Virus genome (UHGV): UHGV-0364466 | DNA from: a virus | DNA: 29,223 nt | Direction: 5' to 3' (one strand) | In this document: positions 27,201 through 29,223 of the stretch, piece by piece | Layout: each line of letters opens with the position of its first letter | How positions within the stretch are numbered: the stretch's first letter is position 1 | Position numbers and translations under genes: made by a program | Notes under the pieces: model-generated | The model's database searches: none | Told to the model about the DNA's origin: nothing | The model's input: the letters and a program-made list of their open reading frames with translations, nothing else

Positions 27201-27298
27201 GTTTTATTCCTCAGTAATCTGTTTCAGGCGCGAGCAATCCCCTGACGCATCGCGCCATAATTAAAAGAATGTGAATTAATTAAATATTAATGGTGGTA

Positions 27299-27823
27299 TT
27301 AAATACCGGCTTCCTGTTCAAACGGAATAATGGAAAAATCTTCAATTCCCGATTTAACCGTAATTCCGGCAACACCTGCGACGGCTTTTGGTTCCAGTAA
27401 AATCGCCTCCTTGTTGATTTCCTGCTTCGTGCGAATAAAGCGTTGCAGGCCAAGACGCTCCAGCGTTTCCATCACTGCATCCATACCACGAATACTTACT
27501 GATGGTGGACGGACCCGCCACGATACATCACCGGTGACAAGATTCGCCGTCTTCACTTTGCCGCCGTTCGTCAGTTCGTCGCGGTTCGCTTCACACCATC
27601 CCTGAACGCCTTTTGAAAGGGTTTCAATATCGGTTTTAATCGGTGCAATCCGGGCCGCAAATTTCTCCGTAATTTCCGCGATGGCATCATTCATTTCCGT
27701 TTCCAGACGTGATGCTTCGCGCTGTAAATCCCCGATGCGTTTAATATCGGTAATCACCGCATCGCGGTTTTGTGGCATATAAGCCGCTGCGGCACTCTTG
27801 ATACGTTTTGCTGGTTTAGCCAT
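27299..27823 (-). CDS. gam: Host-nuclease inhibitor Gam (Mu Gam, DNA-end binding)
   Basis: 174 aa, MAKPAKRIKSAAAAY...DIKRIGDLQREASRLETEMNDAIAEITEKFAARIAPIKTDIETLSKGVQGWCEANRDELTNGGKVKTANLVTGDVSWRV...; recognised as essentially Mu Gam from memory; ATG verified. Confidence 0.9.
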   Translation of the reverse strand: MAKPAKRIKSAAAAYMPQNRDAVITDIKRIGDLQREASRLETEMNDAIAEITEKFAARIAPIKTDIETLSKGVQGWCEANRDELTNGGKVKTANLVTGDVSWRVRPPSVSIRGMDAVMETLERLGLQRFIRTKQEINKEAILLEPKAVAGVAGITVKSGIEDFSIIPFEQEAGI

Positions 27824-27842
27824 AAATTAAAGCTCCTGTTAA

Positions 27843-28130
27843 TTAATATCCGCTGTATACAATGCTGGATACAGCCCGATTGCTTAATTCCATCTTTCGG
27901 GCAATGACATGAATATCCAGCCCTTCTTTATAAAGTTCACGACATAAATATTTGTCGTGTTCACTGATTCGGTATACACACAATGATATTCCGTGCCTTC
28001 TGGCATGTGCCCGGAGGGCGGTTGTGGCGACTTTCAGTTTTTCCGCCATTTCTTCAACGGTCATTTTCCCGACGTTGGCTTCGATAAATTCCCGGTCTTC
28101 GCGTGACCAGCGCTTACGATTACACTTCAT
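27843..28130 (-). CDS. Hypothetical small DNA-binding protein with two HTH-like segments
   Basis: Start at ATG 28130 (MKCNRKRWSREDREFIEANVGKMTVEEMAEKLKVATTALRAHARRHG...YLCRELYKEGLDIHVIARKMELSNRAVSSIV); GGTGG SD; alternative ATG at 28142. Confidence 0.55.
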   Translation of the reverse strand: MKCNRKRWSREDREFIEANVGKMTVEEMAEKLKVATTALRAHARRHGISLCVYRISEHDKYLCRELYKEGLDIHVIARKMELSNRAVSSIVYSGY

Positions 28131-28142
28131 GTCAGCCACCAT

Positions 28143-28562
28143 TCAGTACAGCAGAGGCTCGCGCAGTGATGCCGGAATATGCCGCAGCGATAACTGAACC
28201 GCTTTCAGGGCAAGCGAGGAATAACAGCAGCGCGCCCAGCCTTTTGCCATTAACCGGTAATCGCGCCAGATACGCTGCCACATTTCACGGGCCTCAGGGT
28301 CTGATGCGCAGATGTATTCCCGGTCCATGACGTACTCCCATAAATCCACGTTGAACGCACCGCCAAATGCAATGGCGCGGGATATGCTTTCGCCGCAATA
28401 ACGCGCACAAATGCTGTAATGGTCGAAAGCAATCAGGTAAGTCTTTTCACCACAATCATCAACTTTCCGGGCGCAAATAAACTCGCGTAATTCACCACCG
28501 TTGTTATTGCGTTCCTGAATTCGGATTAATGCCTGAATTTCATTTCGGATTTTGACGTTCAT
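28143..28562 (-). CDS. Hypothetical Cys-rich protein (139 aa)
   Basis: ATG 28562 with AAGGAA SD; MNVKIRNEIQALIRIQERNNNGGELREFICARKVDDCGEKTYLIAFDHYSICARYCGE...; stop abuts the next start. Confidence 0.55.
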   Translation of the reverse strand: MNVKIRNEIQALIRIQERNNNGGELREFICARKVDDCGEKTYLIAFDHYSICARYCGESISRAIAFGGAFNVDLWEYVMDREYICASDPEAREMWQRIWRDYRLMAKGWARCCYSSLALKAVQLSLRHIPASLREPLLY

Positions 28563-28582
28563 TGTCAGCGTTCCTTTGCGAA

Positions 28583-28858
28583 TTAATGTCTGGCTGTATT
28601 CGGGTTATAGCTGAATAATTCCCCCTCGGCTTCCAGCCCAAGCTCCCTGGCTGATTTCAACAACTCCTCGGTCGCTTTTTTAATGATTTCAGGAGCCATG
28701 CTCTTGATGATGCCTGCCATTACATCATGTGGCCCGGTCTGGTCCTCAGGTGAGGATTCTTCCAGTCGCACATTCATATTTACGGCAAAACCTCCATTTT
28801 CCTGAAACTCAATATTTCTTGTATTGTTAAATTCAAAGATTACTTTCGCCATTTTCAT
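28583..28858 (-). CDS. Hypothetical protein (about 91 aa)
   Basis: Start at ATG 28858 or 28852 (MKMAKVIFEFNNTRNIEFQENGGFAVNMNVRLEESSPEDQTGPHDVMAGIIKSM...). The track's longer 137-aa version overlaps the upstream gene out of frame, so the N-terminal extension is rejected. AT-rich. Confidence 0.45.
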   Translation of the reverse strand: MKMAKVIFEFNNTRNIEFQENGGFAVNMNVRLEESSPEDQTGPHDVMAGIIKSMAPEIIKKATEELLKSARELGLEAEGELFSYNPNTARH

Positions 28859-28865
28859 TACCTGC

Positions 28866-29078
28866 TTATTGATTAACGGGTGTTGCATTTGTGATTTTGT
28901 TAAGTTCACAAAACACATCTTCTGCGTGATGATGGTTGCCGACATGAACGACCAGCCGGCGACCATCAATAAATTCAAAAGCAATACCGCCCTCAACAGT
29001 CGTTTCCATTACACTGACATTATCAAGGTTGATTAACTTACTGATTCCCAGATTATCGTGAATATTTATCACCATCAT
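28866..29078 (-). CDS. Hypothetical small protein (70 aa), first gene after the B-like gene (kil position)
   Basis: Tandem ATG at 29078/29075; MMVINIHDNLGISKLINLDNVSVMETTVEGGIAFEFIDGRRLVVHVGNHHHAEDVFCELNKITNATPVNQ; AT-rich. Confidence 0.5.
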   Translation of the reverse strand: MMVINIHDNLGISKLINLDNVSVMETTVEGGIAFEFIDGRRLVVHVGNHHHAEDVFCELNKITNATPVNQ

Positions 29079-29085
29079 TTAAATA

Positions 29086-29223
29086 CTATCTCCAGATTAT
29101 CTGACAACCATTAAGACGGGCCGTCCATACAGAACGGGCCACCCCGGACTTATGCTCCATAATCCTGACCGCGTTTTTTACCAGTTCCACCGGTGGGTAA
29201 GTGATTTCAAGAATCGGACGCGC
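29086..29223 (-). CDS. 3' end of an upstream early gene (possibly transposition protein B); 5' part outside window
   Basis: Minus-strand frame open from the window edge to TAG at 29086..29088 (...[45 protein letters not shown]). Assigned to B only by its position about 1.3 kb upstream of gam. Confidence 0.4.

Larger units (their letters stand above)
1..29223 (-). mobile_element. Mu-type transposable phage segment (early semi-essential region through tail fibre), reverse-complemented relative to the canonical Mu map
   Basis: Collinear minus-strand order matching Mu: B 3' end, Gam, GemA, Mor, C, lys, Rz/Rz1, gp25-gp27, terminase, portal H, F, G, I, T, gp35-38, L, M, tape measure, N, P, gp45-48, S. 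The Gam, Mor and C translations are recognisable by sequence and length (174, 129, 140 aa). Phage ends are outside the window. Confidence 0.85.

Noticed and set aside
1-29223. CRISPR arrays, tRNA or rRNA genes, integrase or attachment-site repeats
   Set aside because: No spaced direct-repeat arrays, no cloverleaf-compatible segments in the short intergenic regions, and no tyrosine-recombinase-like ORF. The element is a transposable phage whose ends lie outside the window.

Overview
The whole window reads as one contiguous block of a Mu-type transposable phage (Mu itself or a very close relative), shown in reverse orientation: almost every convincing gene is on the minus strand. From right to left the order is: 3' end of a B-like early gene, a small-gene cluster, Gam (recognised by sequence), an uncharacterised module, GemA, Mor, three small gp18-20-position genes, C, the lysis cassette (SAR endolysin, overlapped Rz/Rz1, releasin-like gp25), terS-like gp27, large terminase, portal, F, G, I protease/scaffold, major capsid, gp35-38, sheath, tube, chaperone, tape measure, N, P, baseplate genes and a tail-fibre gene cut by the left edge. 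Non-coding signals read directly from the sequence include a gix-type site inside the tail-fibre gene, three intrinsic-terminator hairpins, and a shared motif architecture at three candidate C-dependent late promoters. Candidate accessory or unexplained loci are a plus-strand gene (25285..25701) embedded antisense in the early operon, three small ORFs between gp27 and the large terminase, and AT-richer small-gene clusters on both sides of gam. No tRNA, rRNA or CRISPR array was seen. All family assignments are from reading the translations and gene order, not from database searches; GC differences were judged by eye. Several ORF-track starts are GTG/TTG rather than ATG, so some starts were moved to an ATG with a better Shine-Dalgarno.
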